NCBI GenBank assembly: GCA_950097015.1
Contig: CATNEN010000033.1
Coordinates: 4,402,001-4,466,000, forward strand
Direction of reading: 5' to 3'
Origin: Macrostomum hystrix
Lineage: Eukaryota; Animalia; Platyhelminthes
DNA: 64,000 nucleotides
A program made the position numbers and the translations under genes. Under the pieces are notes generated by a model, which made no database searches, had not been told where the DNA came from, and worked only from the letters and a program-made list of their open reading frames with translations. The first letter of the stretch is position 1; every line of letters starts with the position of its first letter. Shown here one piece after another: positions 36,101 to 46,924 of the stretch.

Positions 36101-39100
36101 ATAGTCTTCAATCACTACTGGCTGAAAATTTGTCTAAAATGATTTGACGCAGTGCAGAATCGAACCCTAGCCTAGCCTATAACCTATTCCTAGTGCCTAC
36201 ACATCGGCTATTCCGACTGTTGGTTAGTGGGTGCAAAAATCAGCCTTATAAAATGAATTCTCAAAGTTCTGGCTTTGTACAATGAAGTGAGAAAATAGAG
36301 TACACTCAGTCTCGCGGTTGGTTGTGTACATTTATTTCCAATTTGTCTCCAGAGTGCAGGCTTCAAATTCAATCAGCTAGGGGTTGTTGCGCAATTTGAC
36401 GATGCAATTCTAATTCAGCGGCAGTGAGTAAAATTCTCAATAGGCCAAGATGGTTTGACCTTTGAAAAAATCATGTTTTTCGAATATTTAATCCCCTTGG
36501 CAATGGAATTAAGCTTAATAAAAATACGTGTATAATTGTCCCCATATTTGGCATCTTTTGGTCAAGAAATGGTGAAAATCGGTTGAGCCGTTCGGGAGAA
36601 AATCAATTACAAGCAAGCAAGCAACCAAGCAACCAAGCAACCATTTCATTTTTAGTATAGTGGAGCAAGCAAGCAAGATTTTCATTTTTAGTATATTAGA
36701 TTACGTTGTTTAATATACCCCACCTCAGGCGCACGCAGCCGCCGAGGCCGTTCGCTATCACTACGGCGTCACGGTGCTGCTCAAGCTCCTAACCGAAGCG
36801 CAGTCGCGCAGGCCGTTGGTGAAGGCCGCCCTCGGACTCTGCCGCAATCTGGCCCTATTTGACGAGAACTGCGCCCCGCTGCGCGAGCAGGGCCTGGTCG
36901 AGGCCGCCGTCGACGCTCTGCAGCAACTGAGCGCTCCCGGATCTCCGGGCGGCAGCATGATCTCTGGTGACGTACTCGATGGTGTGGCCTCCGAGGAGGT
37001 GACGGAGGCCGCTCTAGCCTGCTTGCAGGCCCTGTGCCGCGATCATCTGTCACGCGAGGCCCTGCTCGGCCTTCGCCCGCCGGTGATGCCGCTGCTGGCC
37101 CAGGCACTGCACTCCAACCAGGAGCACATTCAACGCTGCGTTGCCGGCCTCCTGGCCGAGCTGACGGCCGATTCGCGCGCCGCCCAGCTGCTTGAAGGCG
37201 AAGGCGCCGCCGCCAGGCTAACCCAGCTGTTGCACTCGCGCAACGAGGACGTGGCCACTTATGCTGCGGCCATTCTGTATAACATGGCGGCCGACAAGCC
37301 GGCGGATTATCGGTCCCGGCTGCAGGCCGAGCTGACCCACTCGCTGGCCAGGGATCAGCCCGGGTCTCCGCCGGCCTACACCTGGTCTGGCAGTGCCGGC
37401 GGAGCCGCTAGCCGCCAGTTTGACGCTCACAGCATGGACGGGCCGCGCTCCTATCAGCTGCAGGGTGAGTGCGGCAGATAAGACTGGGCTTTGCCTAGCA
37501 TTTCATATGGTGCATGCGCAAGACCTTAATAGCTTTGTTTTAATAGAGTTAGCTCTAGTCCAGACCCTTTTTATAGACTAAAATCTACCATTTGGATCTG
37601 TGGTCTGAACTCAAAACCTGCCATTTATTACGGTTAGTTATGAACTCAAATCTGCCATTTATTATGGTTAGTTATGAACTCAAAATCTGCCATTTATTAC
37701 GGTTAGTTATGAACTCAAATCTGCCATTTATTACGGTTAGTTATGAACTCAAAATCTGCCATTTATTATGGTTAGTTATGAACTCAAAATCTGCCATTTA
37801 TTATGGTTAGTTATGAACTCAAAATCTGCCATTTATTACGGTTAGTTATGAACTCAAAATCTGCCATTTAATACGGTTAGTTATGAACTCAAAATCTGCC
37901 ATTTAATACAGTTAGTTATGAACTCAAATTCTAAAATTTATTGTGCAAAAAGCTGTGAACTAAAAATCTACTATGACTGCTGATTTGAACTGATTGGAAT
38001 TTTATCAGCTTGATAAGTTTAACTCCGATCCAGCTTATTTACCTGCTTCAAATAACTGTCATGCTTACTAGTTTTTCAGCTTGATTTTAAACAATGATTT
38101 CAATAACGCTTTTTGTCTTCGCTTCCGCTTAAAGGTGATGCCAAGCAACGACTTAAGAAATAAAGCTTTCTCGAAGAGTTTAGTACGTTAATACGTGGAA
38201 ATCATGAGTGCTTAGACCGGCAATAACTTTCTAATTTGCTGTGCTTAAATTTCTCGTCACATTTCATATTAGAAATTTCCTCAAAGCGTTTTGCTTTGTT
38301 CCTCATACTTGGATCATTTATTCTATAGGAATATTTGATTCAATCATAGCAAGCACTAATTTACAACCTGCAACACTCGCAAACTGCGTCTCATCAAGGT
38401 CGCGATGCGCTGGTTTGACCTCGCAGCAGCAACAGGTTCGCTATAAAAAAATACAAACATTTTCTAGCAAGTCAACTTTGAATTATCCATCTGCGGCTCT
38501 GCTGATAAGTTAACACTTTTTAACTGTGCCGTGTCCTAATATAGACGACAATTCTCGCGGCGACTATAATAGTACACTGAATTGTATTTTAAAGTTTCTT
38601 TATCTACTTACTTAAACTTTTTCTGTTCTCTAATTTTGGTAATGATAGGTAGTCACTGACCTGCACCTTGAACTGTTGTGTAAAATGCTGAATTATTAAA
38701 TGTAAAATTCTACGAATTAAGCGTTTAGGATTTTGAGCGACAGCAACAAGTCTGCTAGATGCTCTTTACATAGTCTATTTTGTCTTTGTCTGTTTATTGC
38801 TTTTATTTCTTTGTTTATTTCTTTACAACAAATCACATAATTATTAGTTTTTTTTCTTTGTGACCTTGAATCACGCCATCAGTGCGTGCTGTAGCGTCCA
38901 AATGTGCTGGGAGTTGTCCACGCTAGGAGGAATGAATTTGGCGTGAAATTAGACTTAGACTTATCGCGACCTTGAATCACGCCATCAGTGCGTGCTATAG
39001 AGTCCAAATGTGCTGGGAGTTGTCCACGCTAGGAGGAATGAATTTGGCGTGAAATTAGACTTAGACTTATCGCGACCTTGAATTCACGCGGCCAGGGCGT

Positions 39101-39642
39101 GGCCGGATTGCAGTTTTTCTATCTATCTATGGATATAGATATATGGATGGATAGATTTTGCATCTATCTATGGAATCTAATCTGCTAGTTTAGGTTTAGA
39201 TTGCAGTCCAGCTTTTTTTGTCGTCGCTCCATCATCATTAAAGCCCTTTCGATATAACGGTCTCCACTCTGAGTTAGTCAATTGTTGCTAGCTGAGACCG
39301 GCAATGTCTCTGTTTTTTTGTCTTTTGGATATCGGCTATCTGAGACCCATATCAGCACATGCACAATTTACAGTCTTTCTTTGCGTGTTCAAATTTAACC
39401 TGAGTTTATTAATTAAAGTAAGGAAATTAAGTAATCAAAGTAAATAAGTGACTTAAAGTAGGTCTGTTCTTAAAGCATGCCTCTTATTTTAGTGCTCAGG
39501 TCTTTAAAAAAGCTGAGAACAACAACCTCAACGAACAATTTCAGATGGAGTTCAGAGCGGGGCCGCCTCGCCTCATCATTCCGGCTCCCTGCCCAACAGT
39601 CGCTACAATTTGAGCACCCTGAACCAGGAGATGGACGTCTGA
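21196..39642 (+). CDS. CTNNB1: Beta-catenin/armadillo family protein (divergent paralogue), about 737 aa
   Basis: Exons 21196-21684, 22174-22552, 23246-23499, 23570-23827, 36729-37464, 39545-39642; phases 0,1,0,0,1 are consistent; 2214 nt. Motifs: [127 protein letters not shown]. The symbol denotes family membership, not 1:1 orthology. The last exon is less certain than the ARM exons. Confidence 0.92.
21800..22135. repeat. About 52-bp tandem repeat in beta-catenin intron 1
   Basis: CCATTATTACTCCTCCACGTCACTAACCCACTGCCATCACAGTTAATCTGTT, about 6 copies. Confidence 0.85.
22560..23160. repeat. 16-18-bp minisatellite (CTCTGATTATCACCC) in beta-catenin intron 2
   Basis: Tandem array starting about 8 nt after the donor. 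Confidence 0.9.
24565..25175. repeat. 18-bp minisatellite (GTTGACAATGATCCCCCA) inside Helitron A
   Basis: Direct tandem array; source of the LTMIPQ / VNWGII pseudo-ORFs. Confidence 0.95.
25190..28625. repeat. 23-bp minisatellite (GCCATGATTCAGACTCTRGTTTA) inside Helitron A
   Basis: About 3.4-kb tandem array. Confidence 0.95.
29362..30785. repeat. 18-bp minisatellite inside Helitron B
   Basis: Same unit as 24565-25175 but more than twice as long, with internal block duplications. Confidence 0.95.
30795..36055. repeat. 23-bp minisatellite inside Helitron B
   Basis: About 5.2-kb array with recurring variant order (CTATT, CTATGG, CTCCAGTTTTG, GGTTAA). Confidence 0.95.
37595..37925. repeat. 34-35-bp tandem repeat in beta-catenin intron 5
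   Basis: GGTTAGTTATGAACTCAAAATCTGCCATTTATTAC, about 9 copies. Confidence 0.9.
38862..39085. repeat. 106-bp tandem duplication (about 2.1 copies)
   Basis: GACCTTGAAT starts at 38862, 38968 and 39074; the units are nearly identical. Confidence 0.9.
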
Positions 39643-40274
39643 GCGAGCGAATCGTTTGCTGATGTGTGTTTTGTTTATTTGAACCAAGGTCTTTTGTTTT
39701 TAATATTTTGTTTCATTAGTAAAATCATTATTGGATTTTTATCAGTTTTCCTATATAAAAAGCTGACCTGTACTTTTAACTATAGGTTTTATTTGGCTGT
39801 GCCGGAATAAAAACTTATTTTATTTTTTTTGAAAATGTAATTGCTACATTCCTAAAGCGGCTGTGTTGCTCGTTTCTCTATGTGCGTAATAAGTCGCTTT
39901 TTTTATCTTTTTTTCTACTTATTTGTTTTAATTTTTTACTTAAAATCTGTTTACACATCATGTACCGTCATGTACCGTGATATACTACTATTTAACTAAG
40001 CCTTCCTTACATCCGTAGGATACACGGCCAATGAGATTTGTTTTACTCCAATGCACAATAATATGCACTGATGATGTCATAAAATTCTCGTTCTTTTTTT
40101 ATTAAGATTTCTAGACTGAATAGAAGAAGACCAACGATTAGTTATTGACTTAATTATCCAATTGTTATTGTTTTGCTACTGTTTAATTTCGTGATATTAT
40201 CAATCAAGAGTTGCCAGCATGAGCCAGTACTTTTGCTCGCTTCTGTAAAGGTATAAGTTTAACTGATGATCCCT

Positions 40275-40745
40275 ATAAAGCTAGCCACCCCAATGTACAC
40301 TCGCTCTGGACCAATCGCTACAAAGCCAGCCACCCGAATGTTCACTCGATCTGGACCAATCGCTACAAATCCAGCCCCCCCCAATGTACACTCGCTCTGG
40401 ACCAATCGCTACAAAGCCAGCCACCCAATGTACACTCTGTCTGGACCAATCGCTACAAATCCAGCCACCCCAATGTACACTCGCTCTGGACCAATCCCTA
40501 CAAAGCCAGCCACCCCAATGTACACTCGCTCGGGACCACTCGCTACAAAGCCAGCCACCCCAATGTACACTCGCTCTGGACCAATCGCTACAAAGCCAGC
40601 CACCCAATGTACACTCTGTCTGGACCAATCGCTACAAATCCAGCCACCCCAATGTACACTCGCTCTGGACCAATCCCTACAAAGCCAGCCACCCCAATGT
40701 ACACTCGCTCGGGACCACTCGCTACAAAGCTAGCAACCGAAATGT
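40275..40745. repeat. 45-bp minisatellite (AATGTACAC core)
   Basis: CTACAAAGCCAGCCACCCCAATGTACACTCGCTCTGGACCAATCG, about 10 copies. Confidence 0.9.
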
Positions 40746-41415
40746 ACACCTGACTTCTCAAATACTCTTTTATGTGTTTTTAACATTAAACATTATTGAG
40801 TTTTAAAACATTTTTCTTAATTTGTTTTTGGGCTTAAGTTTTTTTCATACCCTAAACATTTTCTCTATTTATACTTATTATGGAGAAGATTAATAAGAGC
40901 GCATTGATACACATGTATAATCTACTACTAATATTTTATTATTTTTACCGTGCCATAGCCCTATTATTGTAATAAATGGGGTTAATTCAGCTGAGCTGTT
41001 TTGTAATGATATGTTTAACAGAATTTTCTTTCCATGTCCCGTCTATATACAGTGATAGCTAACGTACTCAGTGTGCCGTGTTTTTAGTCTAATATTTATC
41101 AGTAATTCCTCTCGAAAAACGCTAAACTGACTACTGATAGTGATAGGAGCGCGAAAAAGTTCAGTTTTTAAGTTGATTATTTTGCTTTGAAAAGCTTGCT
41201 TTGCCATTCCGCACATTCTCACATCCGTAATAAAAACGAAAAAAGTTTTGTTTATGTAGGACTGTTGATCTTGCTTGTTTATTTATCTACTATGGTATAT
41301 TTTAGAATTAATCTATGTGGAATGTCACTTAGGATTTTAAGAGTTGAAAGTAGTTTTCCTGAGAAATCAGACAGCTAGACATTATTCTATTGTCCACAGC
41401 AGCAGCAACAGCAGC

Positions 41416-43194
41416 ATGGCCTCTAAAACTCAAGCCGCCAAATGCCGCCTGCTGTCTCTGTCCGTTTTCGCCCTTCTCTCCGCCTCGACTGTCACCGCTG
41501 AGACGTACTACTGCGACAGTCCGCACCGCCTTGACATCCAGGCTGGCCCGCAACCCACCACCCTGCTGGTCTGCCGCAACCAATCAGAATCCGCGTACCG
41601 ACCGGGCTCCCGCTGCAGCTTCTCTGTGCGCGCTCCGCCTGGCAGCCTCCTGTTCGTTGAACTGTTGAACTCCGGCCGGGGCCTCGGTCGCGGCGCCAAT
41701 TTCACCCTGGCGAATGGCTACAAGAAGCTGCTGGACCTGACTGTGACCGGCGACAACCACAGACTGCCCGGCTACTCCACCACCCTGGTGACCCCGGCTG
41801 GCCAGCTGTCAGTGAGCATGGCCGCGTCCTCAACTGGCCCGGCTGGCACTGGCCTGACTGTCCGAGTTCGCTCCTTTCAGAGATGCCCGCCTGGCTGGGT
41901 CGAACTGTCCTACGCCTGCTACGGCACCGCTGATGTCGATCAGCTCGAGCCGTTGAGCTTCGCCGACGCCCAGCTGGCCTGCAACAGTATGCGGTCCAAC
42001 CTCATGACCTTGGCCTACGGGGTGCAGGCCGGTGGCGGCGTTGACGATGCCCGAGACCGACTGTCGGCCTGGGGCCTGGAGCAGGGCGCCACGGGCGCCT
42101 GGATCGGCGTCACAGATGCCACGGCCTGGGGCCGGCTGGTCTACTATTGGCTTGACGGTGGCCAGTTCGGAGAGTGAGTCCTCACTAATACTTTGAGCGA
42201 TTTCAGCCTTCTGGTTAGAGCGTCGGACTCACGACTTGAAGGTCAGGGGTTCGATTCCGGACTCCACTGAGTCCGACGCTCTAACCACTTGGCTATAGCC
42301 CCTTATGCAACTACCTTTTGATTCAGGATGGGTGAGACTGATTCAGGATGGGTGAGACTGATTCAGGATGGGTGAGACTGATTCAGGATGGGTGAGACTG
42401 ATTCAGGATGGGGTGAGACTGATTCTGAATGGTGTCAGATGCCACGGCCGGATGGGTCAGGATGGGTCAGAGTGATTCAGGATGGGTCAGAGTAATTCTG
42501 AATGGTGTCAGAGTGATTCAGGATGGGTGACTGATTCCGGATTGGGTGAGAACTGATTCAGGATGGGTCAGAGTGATTCAGGATGGGTCAGAGGGATTCA
42601 GGATGGGGTCAGAGTGATTCAGGGTGGGGTCAGAGTGATTCTGAACGGCGTCAGAGTAATACTGTAACATTGTCCTTGATTAAATAGTTTTTTTTTCGAT
42701 AAAACAGGCACTCTAGAATAGGCTGCAACTCCGGCAGCTTCAACTACCGCCAGTGCCTGCCATCTGAGCACTGCGCCCACCTGAGTTGGTCAGCCCGTCC
42801 TGTGCTCATGACCAGCTGCTCCACTGCAATGCCCTACCTGTGCAACATGCCGATAGGCGGCACGGACCGGTTTCACCTTGTCCCGGCTGGCGCTCTGACG
42901 AACGCCACCAATTTCAATGCCGAAGCCGCGGCTGGCACTGTCTGGGTGTGGATTGTGGTTCTAGCTGCCTTTCTTGTCACCTGCCTGCTGACTGTCGGAA
43001 TCTGGCTGGCTGTGCGCTATTGGTCCAGCGTTAAGCCTCCAAGAGTTCGACGTTTGAGATCGACGCCTACCCTGCCGCCTCCTTACACGCCACATCCGGT
43101 CGCTTCTTTCAATCCTCATCAGATTGAGCAGCTGCCGCCGCCGCCGTACTCACCTAGCGACTTGCCAGCCTACACGGAGACCAGCGCTATTTAG
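41416..43194 (+). CDS. Type I membrane protein: signal peptide, CUB-like domain, C-type lectin-like domain, TM, PPxY tail (paralogue 1), 414 aa
   Basis: Exons 41416-42173 and 42708-43194 (phase 2; 1245 nt). YYC...YRPGSRCSFSV (CUB-like); CPPGWVELSYACY...SFADAQLACNSMRSNL...WIGVTD...YYWLDG...C...C...PYLC (CTLD); TM VWVWIVVLAAFLVTCLLTVGIWLAV; tail LPPPY...LPPPPY. Confidence 0.85.
42195..42303. mobile_element. Two truncated SINE heads in inverted orientation (intron of receptor 1)
   Basis: Plus-strand head TGGTTAGAGCGTCGGACTC...GGTTCGATTCC (42212-42258). Minus-strand head GGGGCTATAGCCAAGTGGTTAGAGCGTCGGACTC (42303-42269). Confidence 0.7.
42320..42660. repeat. 20-bp minisatellite (GATTCAGGATGGGTSAGAST)
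   Basis: Tandem array in the receptor 1 intron. Confidence 0.9.
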
Positions 43195-43344
43195 AGAGAA
43201 TTTCCATCTCAATTTCTTTCACTCAGCAAGCACCACATAAGAAATTCATTTCACGAATGTAGGCTTGAATTTGCTATTTCTGGCTTCCCTTGGTTCAGCT
43301 GGCTAGGTTAAAGTTTTATTTAGAGCCTTACTTTTTCAATTATT

Positions 43345-44055
43345 CCCATGGCCAACCCCAATCCCAATGTACATTCGTTCCCGGCCAACCCCACTGCGAA
43401 TGTACATTAATTCCTTGCTAATTCTCACGTACATGCGTTTCTGACCAACCCCACTCCAATGTACATTCGTTCCAAGATGACATGGCAAACTCCACTCCCA
43501 ATGTACATTCGTTATTGTCAACACGACTCCGAATGTACATTAGTTCCTGGCCAACCCTAATTCTCACGTACATGCGTTTCTGGCCAACCCCACTCCCAAT
43601 GTACATTCTTTCCAGGCCAACCCCACCCCCAATCTACTGTCGTTCCTGGCCAACCGAACTGCCGATGTACATTAATTCCTTCCCATTTCTCACGTACATG
43701 CGTTTCTGACCAACCCCACTCCAATGTACATTCGTTCCAGGATGACATGGCAAACTCCACTCACAATGTACATTCGTTATTGTCAACACGACTCCGAATG
43801 TACATTAGTTCCTGGCCAACCCCACTGCGAATGTACATTAATTCCTTGCCAATTCTCACGTACATGCGTTTCTGGCCAACCCCACTCCCAATGTGCATTC
43901 TTTCCAGGCCAACCCCACACTTCAATGTACATTCTTTCCAGCCAACCCCACTCCCAATCTACTGTCATTCCTGGCCAACCGAACTGCTAATGTACGTTCG
44001 TTATTGGCAACCCCACTCCCGACCTATATTCTTTCATGGCCAACCCAACTCGCAA
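43345..44055. repeat. Complex tandem repeat with CCAACCCCACTCCAATGTACATT subunits
   Basis: Short degenerate units organised in larger blocks of roughly 250-270 bp. Confidence 0.8.
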
Positions 44056-44711
44056 TTTTTATTAGAGGCTCACTCTAAATCCACACAAGCTGTCTAACCT
44101 ACTCTGCACTTCTGTTGGCTTTGTAAGTGCTGGTTAAATCGAGTTGTTAAATCAAGTTACCAGTGGGATTTTTTGCCGGTTTTTATTATTTAGCCATTTT
44201 AAGATCAGATTCGAGATTGTTATTATTTTTTGTCAAATAAATTTCAGCATTTGCATCTTTTTTAATCCCAGCAACATACATTCCAGTGTGCTACTCGCAC
44301 CACCTTTTTCAAGCCAAATATTTTCATTGTCGTCTTTATATTTTTATTAAAAACTTTTGATAAAAATTGTAATAATTTTTTTGACAAATGACACATATAT
44401 TTAGATAATTTTATTATAGTAATGCACTTTTGTAAAAGTTGTTTACGATTATATTTATTTAAGCTTGTGAAATCGTACGAAGCATATATTTACTCAAAAA
44501 TACAAAAGTGAGCAAAAAATCGCAACTTTTTATGATCTATGATAAATTTTTACTTTTTTTCTCTTAGAGAATTTTTTCTACATTGAATTTGCCTATCTTA
44601 AAGTAAGCTTCGAAAATATCAGACTAATCAGACTACTTAGTTCATCCGCAGTAGCACGTAGCGCTTATTTGTCTGCAGTTTTCACATCAATGTCGCATTT
44701 TTCGATTGCAG

Positions 44712-46924
44712 AATAATCCAGCGCCTGCTCTAATCGCGGTGCTTGCGGCGCTGCTGCTGCTGCCAGCACAGTCTCAGCTCACCCTGACACCCCCACCAAT
44801 GCGCTACTATTGCGATACCCCGGGCAGGGACTACATCACTAGGCCCACCGACTTCGAATTGTACACCCGGCCAACCGGCTCGGACAGGTACCGGCCTGGC
44901 GATCGATGCGCGTTTCACGCCATTTCACTCATACCTGACGCGCTCTATTTTGTTCAGGTAATGGTGAATGGTAAACGCTCTTTAATGATGAAATAAATCT
45001 AAATCATGCCGCTTCGCTTATAAGTAAGCCTTCGGGCTATATATTATGCAATGCGATTTCTAAAATGTTTCTAAGAATTCGCCTTTTTTAAAACACGAAC
45101 CGGAACAGTTGGTTAACGTCTCCATGCCAACGGCCAACCTTTCGATTCGGTCCGACCAGCGCGTGCTGCTCTCATTGTCCATCGGCGCCTCGCCGCCCGG
45201 CCACGCCATGGCGCTGGTGACTCCGCAGACGACCGTCACTATCTCCTTTGTCGCCTCTTCGGACTCCTCTGTGGGAGCCGGGGCGGTCATTCGGGTCCGC
45301 CTGTTCGTCGGCTGCCCGCCCGACTGGCGCTCCATCGGCAACTATTGCTTCGGCAACGCTGGCAGTGTCGGGCCGCCTTTGAACTTTGCCGACTCGCAGG
45401 CCGCCTGCGCCTCGATGCGATCGAATCTGCTGCACCTGCCGCCCGGCCTGCCCGGAATCAGCACCATCACCGAGCTGTTCAGAGAGTTGCCCGGCCAGCT
45501 CACCACTAACAACTGGATTGGCCTCACCGACTACACCAGCGCCGGCCAGTTCTATTACTACTGGCTGGATGGCTCCCAGTTCTACGAGTAAGCAGCCACT
45601 GGTAGCTTTCAGTGTTGAAGGAATCTGGTTGGGATTCTAAGGAGTCTGTTTGGGATTCTAAGGAATCTGTTTGGGATTCTAAGGAATCTGTTGGGATTCT
45701 AAGGAGTCTGGTTGGGATTCTAAAGAATCTGGTTGGGATTCTAAGGAATCTGGTTGGGATTATAAAGAATCTGGTTGGGATTCTAAAGAATCTGGTTGGG
45801 ATTCTAAGGAGTCTGGTTGGGATTCTAAAGAATCTGGTTGGGATTCTAAAGAATCTAGTTGGGATTCTAAGGAATCTGGTTGGGATTCTATGGAATCTGG
45901 TTGGTATTCTCAGGAGTCTGGTTGGGATTCTAAGGAATCTGGTTGGGACTCTAAGGAATCTGGTTGGGATTCTATGGAATCTGGTTGGTATTCTCAGGAG
46001 TCTGGTTGGGGTTCTAAGGAATCTGGTTGGGACTCTAAGGAATCTGGTTGGGATTCTAAGGAATCTGGTTGGGATTCTATGGAATCTGGTTGGTATTCTC
46101 AGGAATCTGGTTGGGATTCTAAGGAGTCTGGTTAGGATTCTAAGGAGTCTGGTTGGGATTCTAAGGAATCTGGTTGGGATTCTAAAGAATCTGGTTGGGA
46201 TTCTCAGGAGTCTGGTTGGGATTCTCAGGAGTCTGGTTGGGATTCTCAGGAATCTGGTTGGGATTCTCAGGAATCTGGTTGGTATTCTCAGGAATCTGGT
46301 TGGTATTCTCAGGAGTCTGGTTGGGATTCTCAGGAGTCTGGTGGGGCTTTTTTGTTTGTATAAATCTAGCGGTTTTTAAAATCATTTTTAGGAGTCTTAG
46401 TACTATTTTTGGAAACTAATTGGTTATTTCAAGCTGTGGTTTGTTTTTTATTTCAGATTCTTATTTTAAGTTATTAAATTATTGCAATGTTCAAGTAGGG
46501 AGGCTGTTGGCTGTAGTTGGAGTTTTATTGTTGGTATCTGCAGAACTGGAGAATAATTTTTGAGCACCTATCGTCGCTACCCTCGTCCAGGCCGAATCTG
46601 ATTGGCTGCCAGAAGTCCAAGCTTGGCAACAATCGCAACTGCGAGCTGGAGGAGCGCTGCGGCTTCTTCATCACGAACCTGTTGTACCTGTTCCGCTTCA
46701 TAGTAATGGACAGGTGCAGCAGCGAGAGAAGCTACTCATGCTTCATGCCCGCCGGCGGCGCTGAGCACTTCTATCGCGTGCCGGAATTTTCCATCTTCTC
46801 CTCTGGAGCCTGGGCCTGGGCCATTGTCATTGGCTGCCTGTTCGCTATCGGCGTGGCCATTGGGGTGGTCTACGCTGTCCTGCGGCTTTGCAACGCCAGG
46901 AGATCGAGTTCGACTGCGGTCTAA
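44712..46924 (+). CDS. CUB-like/C-type lectin type I membrane protein (paralogue 2); start codon not found in frame
   Basis: Exons 44712(?)-44957, 45109-45587, 46591-46924 (phases 0 and 2; the phase-2 intron after YYWLDGSQFY is in the same position as in paralogue 1). Signal-like NNPAPALIAVLAALLLLPAQSQ, then YYCD...YRPGDRCAF, CPPDWRSIGNYCF, NFADSQAACASMRSNL, WIGLTD, TM AWAWAIVIGCLFAIGVAIGVVYAVL, short tail. Confidence 0.8.
45615..46340. repeat. 21-bp minisatellite (GGAATCTGGTTGGGATTCTAA) in receptor 2 intron 2
   Basis: Tandem array; source of the 255-aa LRNLVGI pseudo-ORF. Confidence 0.95.

Larger units (their letters stand above)
29269..36700 (-). mobile_element. Non-autonomous Helitron, copy B (7.4 kb), head-to-tail with copy A
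   Basis: Same termini as copy A. Junction TATTAGA|CTAGCAAG at 29268/29269. The unique part 36040-36700 is near-identical to 28610-29268. The right end is followed by T (36701). Confidence 0.85.

Noticed and set aside
45612-46419. 255-aa LRNLVGI ORF and overlapping frames
   Set aside because: 21-bp intronic minisatellite.
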